From: Halodesulfurarchaeum sp.
Lineage (GTDB): Archaea; Halobacteriota; Halobacteria; Halobacteriales; Halobacteriaceae
Direction of reading: 5' to 3'
Length of the DNA: 64,000 bases
NCBI GenBank assembly: GCA_034520565.1
Contig: JAXHNL010000002.1
Location: 64,001-128,000 of the forward strand
Shown: positions 31,124 to 39,674 of the stretch, piece after piece
Numbering within the stretch: the stretch's first letter is position 1
Layout of the letters: every line of letters begins with the position of its first letter
Program-made: the position numbers and the translations under genes
Notes under the pieces: generated by a model
Databases searched by the model: none
The model's input: only the letters and a program-made list of their open reading frames with translations
What the model was told of the DNA's origin: nothing

Positions 31124-31759
31124 CTATTCCTCGCCGCCGAAGGTGTGCCCGCAATCCGGACAGGTCTGTTCGTCGCGTCTGAGATCCTCGCTCGCCTCCC
31201 GGACCTCCCGCATCACCGAGGAGATCCGTTCTTCGCCCTCGAGTTCCTCCTCGACGGCGAGGTCGACCCCCTCGACCTCGAGGAGGAACTTGGCGACCTC
31301 CGTCGCCTCGTACATCACTTCGTCGAGTTCGTCGGCGGTGAAAAAACCGCTCATCGCGCCGTAGAGAAAGGTCGCGCCGGCCATCCTGACCTTGTTCTCG
31401 AACGCCGAGCGGGCCTGATTGACCGCTTGCGGGGAATACGTGTCGGTCATGAAGGGGACCAGTTCCGGCAGGTTCTCGCCGATCTTGGTCATCTCGACCC
31501 CGGTCTCGGTTCGGAAATCGGCACACAGGCGGGCGATGGCCCATTCCCGGGCCGTGATGTACGTTCGATCGCGGAGGAACTCGTTGACCCGGTCGTAGGT
31601 CGCCCCGTCGACCTTCTTGAACCGCTCGTACTTCCGGACGTCCTCGGGAACCCGTTCGGTGATTTCGCGGGGCGAAACCGAGAGGAGGTCACGAACCGCT
31701 TCGGGGCCGGCGCTGACCCGGCGATCGGGTGGCTTCACGGCCGCCGGATCCCTGTCCAT
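31124..31759 (-). CDS. DUF5806 family protein with C-terminal CPxCG zinc ribbon
   Basis: KYERFKK.DGA.Y.RVNEFLRDRTYITAREWAIARLC; CPDCG at the C-terminus; start uncertain. Confidence 0.85.
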   Translation of the reverse strand: MDRDPAAVKPPDRRVSAGPEAVRDLLSVSPREITERVPEDVRKYERFKKVDGATYDRVNEFLRDRTYITAREWAIARLCADFRTETGVEMTKIGENLPELVPFMTDTYSPQAVNQARSAFENKVRMAGATFLYGAMSGFFTADELDEVMYEATEVAKFLLEVEGVDLAVEEELEGEERISSVMREVREASEDLRRDEQTCPDCGHTFGGEE

Positions 31760-31863
31760 ACCGCTTGTTTCAAGCGGGTCCGCAAAAGCGTGACGGGCTT
31801 TGCCCGGGTCCGGGTGGGTTCGAGAGCAGTAATCCTTTTGCGCGGGCCGAACGAGGGTGAGCC

Positions 31864-32232
31864 ATGAAAGTGCTGTTCGGGTTGCAGGCCGGTTCTACCT
31901 CCCTCGAGACGCTCGAACGGACGGTCGAGCGGGTCCAGTCGGTTGGGGACGAGCTCACGGTTGCCGTACTCGAGCATCCAGACGGGGAGGGGTCCGTGAC
32001 CGAGACAGCGGCGGCCGTCGAGGACGTCGTCGAAGGGGCCCTCCCGGCGGCCGAGATCAGGCAGGTCGAGGGGCATCCGGGAAGCCGCCTGGTCGAGATC
32101 GCCGAGTCGGAGGACTTCGATCGCATCGTCCTGGGCGGCGGCGAGCAGAGCCCGATGGGCAAGATCCGTATCGGCTCCGTCGCCGAGTTCGTCCTGCTCA
32201 ACTCCCACGTCAGTGTCACCTTGCTCAGATGA
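31864..32232 (+). CDS. Universal stress protein
   Basis: G.PGSRLV.IAE.E.FD.IVLGGG..SPMGKI.IGS.AEFVLLN. Confidence 0.9.
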   Translation: MKVLFGLQAGSTSLETLERTVERVQSVGDELTVAVLEHPDGEGSVTETAAAVEDVVEGALPAAEIRQVEGHPGSRLVEIAESEDFDRIVLGGGEQSPMGKIRIGSVAEFVLLNSHVSVTLLR

Positions 32233-32762
32233 CAGACCGACGGTATCCAGAGGAAGCGGCCGGGCCGTTCCCGACCCCACCGATCCGGTGGACCGACGAC
32301 TCGGGCCGCCCCGTCGAAATCGACGTCTACGAGGACGACCGGGAGGGCCTCGTCGAGATGTACGGCGACTTCGATCCGGCCGAGCGAGCCCAGGGAATCC
32401 CACCAGTGGGAGAGGGAGCGATCCGCGAGTGGCTCGATCACCTCCTCTGCCAGAACTGCGATAACGTCGTCGCGAAACACGACGATGACCTGATCGGCCA
32501 CGCGACCCTGGTCGGTGACGACGAGGGCGCCTACGAACTGGCGATCTTCGTCCATCAGGATTACCAGGATGCCGGCATCGGCACGAAGCTCCTCGAGGCC
32601 TTGCTGGGTCACGCAGCCGAGAAGGGCATCGAACGGGTCTGGCTGACCGTCGAACGGTGGAACAAGCCGGCCACGTATCTCTACCGGAAAGTCGGGTTCG
32701 AGGGGACCGGAGCCGAGGACTTCGAGCGGGAGATGAGTATCCGGCTGGCCGACAGGACGTAA
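32229..32762 (+). CDS. GNAT family N-acetyltransferase
   Basis: ELAIFVHQDYQ.AGIGT, N.PA..LY.KVGF. Confidence 0.92.
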   Translation: MTDRRYPEEAAGPFPTPPIRWTDDSGRPVEIDVYEDDREGLVEMYGDFDPAERAQGIPPVGEGAIREWLDHLLCQNCDNVVAKHDDDLIGHATLVGDDEGAYELAIFVHQDYQDAGIGTKLLEALLGHAAEKGIERVWLTVERWNKPATYLYRKVGFEGTGAEDFEREMSIRLADRT

Positions 32763-32806
32763 TCGGGGATCGGGTGTTTCTTCCCCGCCGGTACCGACTC
32801 ACCAGT

Positions 32807-33889
32807 ATGCAAGACTGGGTCATCGACGACGACAATCTCTCGCCAGAGCGGAAGTCCCTGCTGCCGGGGACGGGGTTTTTCGTGCCACAAGACATCCGCG
32901 AGGAGCGAAAAGACGAGGAGATCGAGGCGCGGGTCAGCGGGGCGGAGGTACTGGCGGTCGTCGACCCCGACGCCGACGGTCTGGGCTGTGTCGCGATCCT
33001 CAGAGACGTGCTCGGAGACGTGGAGTTCATCCCGGCGAGTCCGCACGAACTCGCCGACGGCATCGAGCGGGCCGCGGAGTTCGGCGCGGAGGGCGGTGCG
33101 GTCTACATCTGTGATCTCGCCCCGGACGACCCCGAGACGATCGCCGAACCGCTCGACGCTCTCCTCGACCACGCGGGGGCTGTCACGTGGTACGACCACC
33201 ACCAGTGGACCGGGGAGGCCGAAACCGCGGTTAGGGAGGCAGGCGTCGAACTCGTCGTCGGGGACTCGGACGCCGAATGCACGGCGGACGTCGCTGCCCG
33301 GTCCATCGACGGGGAGGTTTCCCCCCATCTCGCCGAACTGGCAGCCGTCACCCGGGATCACGACCTCTGGATCAAGGACGACGACCGCTCGGATGATCTG
33401 GCGGACCTCTCACACTGGAAAGATCCCGAGGAGTACCTGGCGGTCGTCGAGGAACACGGCGTGGACTTCCCCGAGGACGTCCAGGACTTCCTCGCGGAGA
33501 AGCGCGTTGAGAAGGAAGACCGAATCGAGCGGGCGGTTTCCCGGGCGGAGATGTACGAAATCCGGGACTGGACCGTCGGCGTGACCTACGGCCGGTGTTC
33601 CCAAAACGAGGTCGCCGAAACACTTCGGGAGCACGGAGCCGATGCGGCCGTCATCGTCAAGCCCTCCGGAAGCGCTTCGATCAGGGGGAGCGAGGGCTTC
33701 GAACGGGCTCACGAGGTCGCCCGCCAGGTCGGCGGTGGCGGCCATCCCCGGGCGGCCGGCTGTAAGCCCCGGATCTACGAGGACATGCTGGATTATGCCC
33801 ACCACTGGACGACCCGCGGCGCACCGGCAAAACAGCTTCTCATGAAGGCCTTCTGGAATCTGTCCGAGGAGCCGGCCGAGGACGAATAG
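32807..33889 (+). CDS. DHH family phosphoesterase
   Basis: DPDADG, DL, YDHH, C-terminal GGGGHPRAAG (DHHA1). Confidence 0.92.
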   Translation: MQDWVIDDDNLSPERKSLLPGTGFFVPQDIREERKDEEIEARVSGAEVLAVVDPDADGLGCVAILRDVLGDVEFIPASPHELADGIERAAEFGAEGGAVYICDLAPDDPETIAEPLDALLDHAGAVTWYDHHQWTGEAETAVREAGVELVVGDSDAECTADVAARSIDGEVSPHLAELAAVTRDHDLWIKDDDRSDDLADLSHWKDPEEYLAVVEEHGVDFPEDVQDFLAEKRVEKEDRIERAVSRAEMYEIRDWTVGVTYGRCSQNEVAETLREHGADAAVIVKPSGSASIRGSEGFERAHEVARQVGGGGHPRAAGCKPRIYEDMLDYAHHWTTRGAPAKQLLMKAFWNLSEEPAEDE

Positions 33890-33913
33890 CGACCCGTTCG
33901 TTTTCGATCCGGC

Positions 33914-34372
33914 CTACAATTCTCGCTCGCCGGCGACCCACTTATCGGCGTACATCTCGCCACAGGCACACCGCGCGTAGGCGTGAATGACGTCGCCTTC
34001 CGCGTAGAGGCCGCCGACCTCCTCGTTTTGCTCCTCGGCGAAGGCAAAGACGATTTGGACGTCGTGGCCATCGGCCCCGGACTCGTCACGCTCCTCGCCC
34101 CTGGGACAGTCCCCTGCCGTGAGAGCTGTAGCGATCGTGCCCGCTTTTCCCATGGCCTCGCCGGCGAAGTCCATCGGATCGATCCCCGAGGCCGATTCGA
34201 ACGCCGCTCGACCCGCGTCCGCCGGCACGACGATTCTGACGCCGTCCCCGGCGGCCTCCGCGTACGCCTGTTCGGCAAGCGTGGCGGCGTCAGAGAGCGT
34301 CTCTCTGGAGAAATACGCCGCGACGTGTTGTGGGTGTTCCCCGGCGAGAAACGAGTCGATGGAGGTATTCAT
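33914..34372 (-). CDS. DUF5807 family protein
   Basis: FLAGE, FAFAEEQNEEVGGLYAEGDVIHAYA.C.CG..Y.DKW. Confidence 0.88.
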   Translation of the reverse strand: MNTSIDSFLAGEHPQHVAAYFSRETLSDAATLAEQAYAEAAGDGVRIVVPADAGRAAFESASGIDPMDFAGEAMGKAGTIATALTAGDCPRGEERDESGADGHDVQIVFAFAEEQNEEVGGLYAEGDVIHAYARCACGEMYADKWVAGEREL

Positions 34373-34455
34373 ATTGGCGCTTCGACGAGAACCGGGTTAA
34401 GCCCGGCGGAGATGCGCGATGAGGGCCCCAATTGAAACAAAAACCCCCCGTCGGC

Positions 34456-35202
34456 TTACTCCTCGGTCTCGTCGTCTTCGTCGTCCGTTTCTGCTTCGTC
34501 GGCAACCTCGTCGTCCGTTTCTGCTTCGTCGGCAGCCTCTTCGTCGCCTTCTGCTTCCTCGTCCTCTTCTGCTTCCTCGTCCGTTTCTGCTTCGTCGGTA
34601 ACCTCTTCGTCCTCTTCTGCTTCCTCGTCCGTTTCTTCTTCGTCGGTAACCTCTTCGTCCTCTTCTGCTTCCTCGTCCGTTTCTGCTTCGTCGGCAACCT
34701 CGTCGTCCGTTTCTTCTTCGTCGGCACCCTCTTCATCGTCTTCTTCCTTCTCCTCGTCTGCACCGTCATCCGTCTCGGCTTCCTCCGCAGTTTCGTCTTC
34801 GTCCTCCTCGACTTCCTCCGGTTCCTCCTCGCCGAGAGCGACGGGGACCGAGCCCTCGCCCTCGGTCACTTTGACGTTCAGTTGGGTGATCGGTTCGCCG
34901 ACTTCGCGACCACGAACGGTAATGCGTCGGCGTTCGCCGTCCCGGTTGGGCTTGTAGCCGACCCCGTCGGTCAGCAGTACTTCGGAGAGGTCCGCACCAG
35001 AGACGTCCGGCCGCATCGGACGGCCGGCGTCGTCGGATCCGCCGGTGATTTCGACGGTAAAACCGTCCAATCCGACCGCCGTCCCGTCGACGGCCTCGCC
35101 GATCTCTCGGCCCAGAAAGCGGTTTGCGTCCTGCCCGTCGACTTCTCGCGTAAACGATCGCCCCGTCTCCGGATCGGAGACGACGACGCTGAACGTAGCC
35201 AT
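34456..35202 (-). CDS. rps6e: 30S ribosomal protein S6e with long acidic C-terminal tail
   Basis: VVSDPETG, GQDANRFLG, ITGGSD.AGRPMR.DV, GERRRITVRG, QLNV; then about 115 aa of D/E-rich tail. Confidence 0.95.
   Translation of the reverse strand: MATFSVVVSDPETGRSFTREVDGQDANRFLGREIGEAVDGTAVGLDGFTVEITGGSDDAGRPMRPDVSGADLSEVLLTDGVGYKPNRDGERRRITVRGREVGEPITQLNVKVTEGEGSVPVALGEEEPEEVEEDEDETAEEAETDDGADEEKEEDDEEGADEEETDDEVADEAETDEEAEEDEEVTDEEETDEEAEEDEEVTDEAETDEEAEEDEEAEGDEEAADEAETDDEVADEAETDDEDDETEE
34470..34730 (-). repeat. Coding tandem repeats (48-bp and 30-bp units) in the rps6e tail
   Basis: Peptide units TDEEAEEDEEVTDE(A/E)E and TDDEVADEAE repeated; recurring DNA gtccgtttctgcttcgtcgg. Confidence 0.85.
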
Positions 35203-35249
35203 GGTAGAGCGAACTGTTCCGGGCGTCAAAAGGGCATCGAACCCGACTC

Positions 35250-35789
35250 TCACTCCGTTTCGTCCGCGAACGCCGCCTGGATCTTCTTCACCTTCGGTTC
35301 GACGTACAGGGTGCAGTACCGATCGTCTGGGTTGTTCGCGTAGTAGTCCTGGTGGGCCTCTTCGGCCTCCCAGAAGGTCTCGAGCGGTTCGACCTCGGTG
35401 ACGATCCCGCCCTCGAAGGCTTCCTCGTCCTCGAGGGCAGCCAGAAACGCCTGCGCGGTCTCCAGTTGCTCGTCGTCGTGGGCGAAAATCGCCGAGCGGT
35501 ACTGGGTCCCCACGTCGGGACCCTGTCGGTTCAATTGCGTGGGATCGTGGACCCGAAAGAAAACCCCAAGAAGGTCGACGTATGTGATCTCCTCTGGGTC
35601 GTACTCGAGTTGCACGCACTCGGCATGGCCCGTCTCGCCGGTCGAAACGGCCTCGTAGCTCGGGTCGGAAACGTCCCCGCCCGCGTATCCCGACGTCGCC
35701 GAAAGCACTCCGGGAACCTCCTCGAAGGCGGCCTCGAGACACCAGAAACAGCCGCCCGCGAGTGTCGCCAGGACCGGTTCGGTTGCCAT
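35250..35789 (-). CDS. msrA: Peptide-methionine (S)-S-oxide reductase
   Basis: GGCFWC, SGYAGG, TGHAE, HDPT..NRQG.D.GTQYRS, AEE.HQDYY. Confidence 0.96.
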   Translation of the reverse strand: MATEPVLATLAGGCFWCLEAAFEEVPGVLSATSGYAGGDVSDPSYEAVSTGETGHAECVQLEYDPEEITYVDLLGVFFRVHDPTQLNRQGPDVGTQYRSAIFAHDDEQLETAQAFLAALEDEEAFEGGIVTEVEPLETFWEAEEAHQDYYANNPDDRYCTLYVEPKVKKIQAAFADETE

Positions 35790-35900
35790 ACGAATAGAAG
35801 GCCGGAGAGACCCAAAAGCACACCGGCAGCGGAAATCGGGTGCGAGTTGGCTGGCGGCGAATCGACGGGTGGAAACCGACGGGCCAGCTACCCGGACCCG

Positions 35901-37184
35901 ATGGAGATCCGGTTTCTCGGCGGCGCCCGCGAGGTCGGCCGGAGTGCCCTCCTCGTCAACGAGCGGCTGCTGCTCGACTTCGGTATCAAAGCCGGCGAGC
36001 CGCTCCAGTTCCCGATCGATCGGCCGTCGGTCGACGCGGTGGTGGCCAGCCACGGCCACCTCGACCACGTCGGCAACGTCCCCACGCTCTGTACCGGCGA
36101 AGACTGGCCGACGATCCACTGGACGCCACCGACCGGCGAGTTGGCCCGCACCCTCGCTCGGGACACGCTCAAACTGCACGGCGTTCCGGAAACGGGAGCG
36201 AAATCCGGCCGGTTTCAGCCCCGCGAACTCGGCGGCAATTACAACTGTCCGTTCACCGAGATCCACGTGAAACGAGTGACCCAGCAGTCCCGGATCCACG
36301 GGTACCGGGAGCCGTTCACCGCGGCGGGCCACGAAGTCACCTTCTTCTCAGCGGGTCACATCCCCGGAAGCGCGCACGTCCTCGTCGACGACGGCGAGAC
36401 ACGACTGCTCTACACCGGCGATTTCCACACCGCCGACCAGCGACTCGTGGCCGGAACGACCGCCCGCCCGGATGCGGACGTCGTCATCACCGAGAGCACC
36501 TACGCGAACGTCACCCACGAGCCACGGCACGAGGTCGAATCGCGATTCGTCCGACAGGTCGAACGGACCCTCTGGGAGGGTGGCACAGTGGTCATTCCGG
36601 CCTTTGCCATCGGGCGGACCCAGGAGTTGCTGCTCGTCTGTGACGCCCACGACATCCCGTGTTACGTCGATGGTATGGGCAAGGGCGTGACCGAAATGCT
36701 CCGGCAGTATCCGGCGTTCGTCCGGGACCCGAAGGCACTCAAACGGGCGAGCTCACACGCTCGCTTCGTCACGGGTCGGGACGGGCAGCGAAAACGGATC
36801 GCGGACCAGAGCACGGCCATCGTCACGACGAGTGGCATGCTCTCCGGCGGTCCGGCAATGACGTATATCCCGGAGATCCGGTCGGACCCGAAGAACCTGA
36901 TCGCCCTCACAGGATATCAGGTCGAAGGGACTCCCGGTCGGGAATTGCTCGAGACCGGAAACGCCGAGATCGACAACCGGCGGATGCGAGTCGCCGCTCG
37001 CGTCGAGCAGTTCGATTTCTCGGCCCACGCGGATCGGGCGGGATTGCGGTCGTTCCTGGATTCCTATCGGGACACACAGATCCTCGTGAATCACGGCGAT
37101 CGATGTGTGGAATTTACGGCGGCGTTGACGGAAGACGGGTACGAGGCAAGCGCGCCGAAAAACGGGACGACGGTGTCCGTGTGA
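35901..37184 (+). CDS. MBL-fold beta-CASP ribonuclease (aCPSF2-like)
   Basis: FLGGAREVGRS, HGHLDH, AGHIPGS, YTGD, ESTY, P.FAIGRTQE, FSAHAD, NHGD. Confidence 0.92.
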   Translation: MEIRFLGGAREVGRSALLVNERLLLDFGIKAGEPLQFPIDRPSVDAVVASHGHLDHVGNVPTLCTGEDWPTIHWTPPTGELARTLARDTLKLHGVPETGAKSGRFQPRELGGNYNCPFTEIHVKRVTQQSRIHGYREPFTAAGHEVTFFSAGHIPGSAHVLVDDGETRLLYTGDFHTADQRLVAGTTARPDADVVITESTYANVTHEPRHEVESRFVRQVERTLWEGGTVVIPAFAIGRTQELLLVCDAHDIPCYVDGMGKGVTEMLRQYPAFVRDPKALKRASSHARFVTGRDGQRKRIADQSTAIVTTSGMLSGGPAMTYIPEIRSDPKNLIALTGYQVEGTPGRELLETGNAEIDNRRMRVAARVEQFDFSAHADRAGLRSFLDSYRDTQILVNHGDRCVEFTAALTEDGYEASAPKNGTTVSV

Positions 37185-37238
37185 CGGGCCGCTTCGGAGG
37201 GAAAGGGTTTAACCGGACAGTCACGACCGTGTAGGTGT

Positions 37239-37312
37239 GGGCCGGTAGCTCAGGTAGGCAGAGCGTCTGGCTTTTAACCAGACGGACGGGGGTTCAAATC
37301 CCTCCCGGCCCG
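37239..37312 (+). tRNA. tRNA-Lys(UUU)
   Basis: GGGCCGG...CCGGCCCG acceptor stem, TCTGG-CT-TTT-AA-CCAGA anticodon arm, GGTTCAAATCC T arm; TTTAA box at about 37208. Confidence 0.96.
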
Positions 37313-37604
37313 CTTCTGTCAAACCAAGAGCGTGTCCCGTCAGGGACCGCTCGACCAGTGACGAACGGGACAGGAGGGATTTGAACGAGAGAAACGCGAG
37401 CACGAGCGAGCGTTTCGCGTAGTTCACAATCCCTCCCGGCCCGTGAGTCCCCGAGCGAAGCGAGGGTGACGAACCGGGGCGGTCGGTGTCCTGCGAACGA
37501 AGTGAGCAGTGACGCCGACGGGATTTGAACCCGGGGAGGGGCGCGCGCAGCGAACAACCGTGAGCGAGCACGTCTCCACTCGCTTCAACATCCCTCCCGG
37601 CCCG
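37313..37604 (+). repeat. Two structured non-coding units, each ending in a copy of the tRNA-Lys 3' end
   Basis: atccctcccggcccg at 37298-37312 (tRNA), 37429-37443 and 37590-37604; each unit has an inverted T-arm copy GGGATTTGAAC. Confidence 0.9.
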
Positions 37605-37761
37605 TCTTTTCTCGCGAGCGTGCGAGAGCAGGTCGACCCTGTCCGGGAGTTTATGAATGATGACGGGGCCAACGGCACCCATGAATTGACCCCGTACCCG
37701 AATCGGGCAGCGATTGTGTGACGAATCGATTCGGGAAGATTCGCCGTCACCTGTTCGCCAT

Positions 37762-38877
37762 TCAGGCCGTCTCTCCACGGGCCCCGCCAGCCTCCGAATC
37801 CGCGAGCTGGAGTTCCACGACGAACACTGCTCCGCGTGGCTCGTTATCTTCCACCCAGACGTCGCCGTCGAACTGGCTCACCAAACTCTCGACGAGGTAG
37901 AGCCCGATGCCGGTACTCCCGCTGTCCAGGCCCGCTTCGCCCTTGCCGAATATCTTCCACTTCTGGTCGTCGGGAACCCCGGGGCCGTTGTCGGCAATCT
38001 CGACCCGGAAGGTTCCGTCGTCGGTCGTGGCCGAAACCGTCACGGTGGGCTCCTCCGAGTCGTTGTGAACGATCGCGTTCGTGAGGAGGTTCCGGAACAC
38101 CGAATCGACGAGTTCGGTCGCCCGGACCGACACGTCGGGAATCGAGCCATCGATTTCGATCATCGCGGCGGGGTTCGCCTCCCGGACCATCGCGAGTTCC
38201 TCCTCGAGGACCGCTTCGATCTCGATGGCCCCCAGTTCGGGGGGCTCCGAAGCGGTGACGACGTCCATGAGGTCCCGAGCCGCCTTGGTGATCGAAACCA
38301 CGTGTTCGCCGGCCTGGAGCGCCCGTTCGAGGTACTCCGAGGCCGTCGGGTCATCGACCGCGTCGGCGGCCGTCTCGACGAAGCCCAAAATGACTGCCAT
38401 CTCGTTGCGGATGTCGTGGCGGACGACCCGGTTGAGCACCTCGAGCTGGCGGGTCATGATCTCGAGTTCTCGCTCGCGCTCGCGCCGTTCGCTCACGTCC
38501 TCGAAGGCAAAGACCAGCCGTTCGACCGCCCCGTCCGAGACGATCGGCGCGCCGGAAATCGAGAGGAAAACGGGATCGGCGTGCGGGCGTTCCATCCGGA
38601 ACTCCTGGCCGAAGATCGGGCCCTGTGAGTCCCGAACCAGCACGAATGGATGGCCCGATTCGGGCACCGGCTCGCCCGCCTCGTCGGTGAACGTCCATTC
38701 CGGTTCAGCGTACGTCTTTCCCTCGATGTCTGACTCTGACAGTCCGAGGAGCTCCTCGGCCCGGTCGTTACACCGGGTGATCGAGCCGTCGGGGGTCAGC
38801 ACGACGATTCCGGTCGGACTCGTCTCGAAGATGCGATCGAGCAGATTCGACTCGGGCCCGGAATCGTCTCCCTGCAT
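37762..38877 (-). CDS. PAS-domain sensor histidine kinase
   Basis: PAS (G.IT.CN..AEELLG), H box VVRHDIRN, N box NLLTNA..H, DNGPG, GIGLYLV. Confidence 0.92.
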   Translation of the reverse strand: MQGDDSGPESNLLDRIFETSPTGIVVLTPDGSITRCNDRAEELLGLSESDIEGKTYAEPEWTFTDEAGEPVPESGHPFVLVRDSQGPIFGQEFRMERPHADPVFLSISGAPIVSDGAVERLVFAFEDVSERRERERELEIMTRQLEVLNRVVRHDIRNEMAVILGFVETAADAVDDPTASEYLERALQAGEHVVSITKAARDLMDVVTASEPPELGAIEIEAVLEEELAMVREANPAAMIEIDGSIPDVSVRATELVDSVFRNLLTNAIVHNDSEEPTVTVSATTDDGTFRVEIADNGPGVPDDQKWKIFGKGEAGLDSGSTGIGLYLVESLVSQFDGDVWVEDNEPRGAVFVVELQLADSEAGGARGETA

Positions 38878-38921
38878 ACCGGGAGAGAGGGCGTCGCCAC
38901 CAAAGGATCTATCGTTCAGTT

Positions 38922-39128
38922 TCAGGACTCGACGAAGTGACCGAGCCAGACCAATCCGACACCCATGGCGACCGCCGTGAGCGCGCCCAGGAGCTGCAGC
39001 ACCATCTGTGGCGTGCCGCCGGCCGCGTACTGCCAAGGCTGTCCGAGAAGCGTCCCCAGCCCGACCACGAACACGAAGAGGCCGAGCGGGACACTGAGTA
39101 GGTCCAACCGGTCCTGAAACACGTCCAT
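38922..39128 (-). CDS. Small two-TM membrane protein
   Basis: MDVFQDRLDLLSVPLGLFVFVVGLGTLLGQPWQY...LQLLGALTAVAMGVGLVWL; G.PW.Y motif seen in small haloarchaeal proteins. Confidence 0.7.
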   Translation of the reverse strand: MDVFQDRLDLLSVPLGLFVFVVGLGTLLGQPWQYAAGGTPQMVLQLLGALTAVAMGVGLVWLGHFVES

Positions 39129-39208
39129 GACAGTCGGTGTGTGAGGCAGGTATCTAATGCTGACGGTCCAGACCGCCCCCTCCCCCGGCAAGAATCGTGG
39201 GCGGCCAC

Positions 39209-39382
39209 TCACAGCTCCTTCTCGACGATCGACGACGCCCACGCTTCCGCCCCGCATCGATTGCAGCGGAACATCGTCCCGTCGTCGTAGTGATCGAAGT
39301 CGACGTCGTCGCTCCCACAGTCCGGACAGTTGAAAAACGAGCGCCAGTCGTGGTAGGTTCCGGATTGAGGACGGCGGGCCAT
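39209..39382 (-). CDS. Small CPxCG-type zinc-finger protein
   Basis: 57 aa with CPDCG and CNRCG. Confidence 0.7.
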   Translation of the reverse strand: MARRPQSGTYHDWRSFFNCPDCGSDDVDFDHYDDGTMFRCNRCGAEAWASSIVEKEL

Positions 39383-39674
39383 GGGTACACTGACAGTAGG
39401 TGGAGCGTGCCCTTTGCTGTTCCGTCGGCTCGAAACCGGTGGGAAAGACAGGAGACACAAAACACTCATACATCCAGTTCGGAGCGGCTAGTGGGTCTTC
39501 TGTGTCGGGGACACAGGAGACCGGTCCGGGGAGCACCCCCCGTTTCCTGTACTCGCCGTCACCCCCATTGGTGTCGGGTGTTTGGATCCGATAGCGGAGC
39601 ATCTCGGCAATGCGCCACGTCGACGAAAGGGACAGAACGGCCGGTTCCATCAGCACCGGACCCGACGGACCCGA

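Noticed and set aside
34432-35343. Hydrophobic repetitive ORF (VRFCFVGNL...) on the plus strand
   Set aside because: Antisense shadow of rps6e and its acidic tail
35901-37184. beta-CASP nuclease next to the tRNA-Lys array as the mobilising enzyme
   Set aside because: Housekeeping RNase family; no equivalent gene at the Arg locus
37444-37480. TGAG-stem-CGAA resembling a hammerhead ribozyme core
   Set aside because: Lacks CUGA-N-GA and GAAA with a three-stem junction; explained by tandem GA mismatches
37515-37533. 19-nt identity to the tRNA-Arg 3' region (7402-7420) inside the Lys array
   Set aside because: Mostly the generic inverted T arm plus the 3' arm of hairpin B; not sufficient to claim a tRNA-Arg origin
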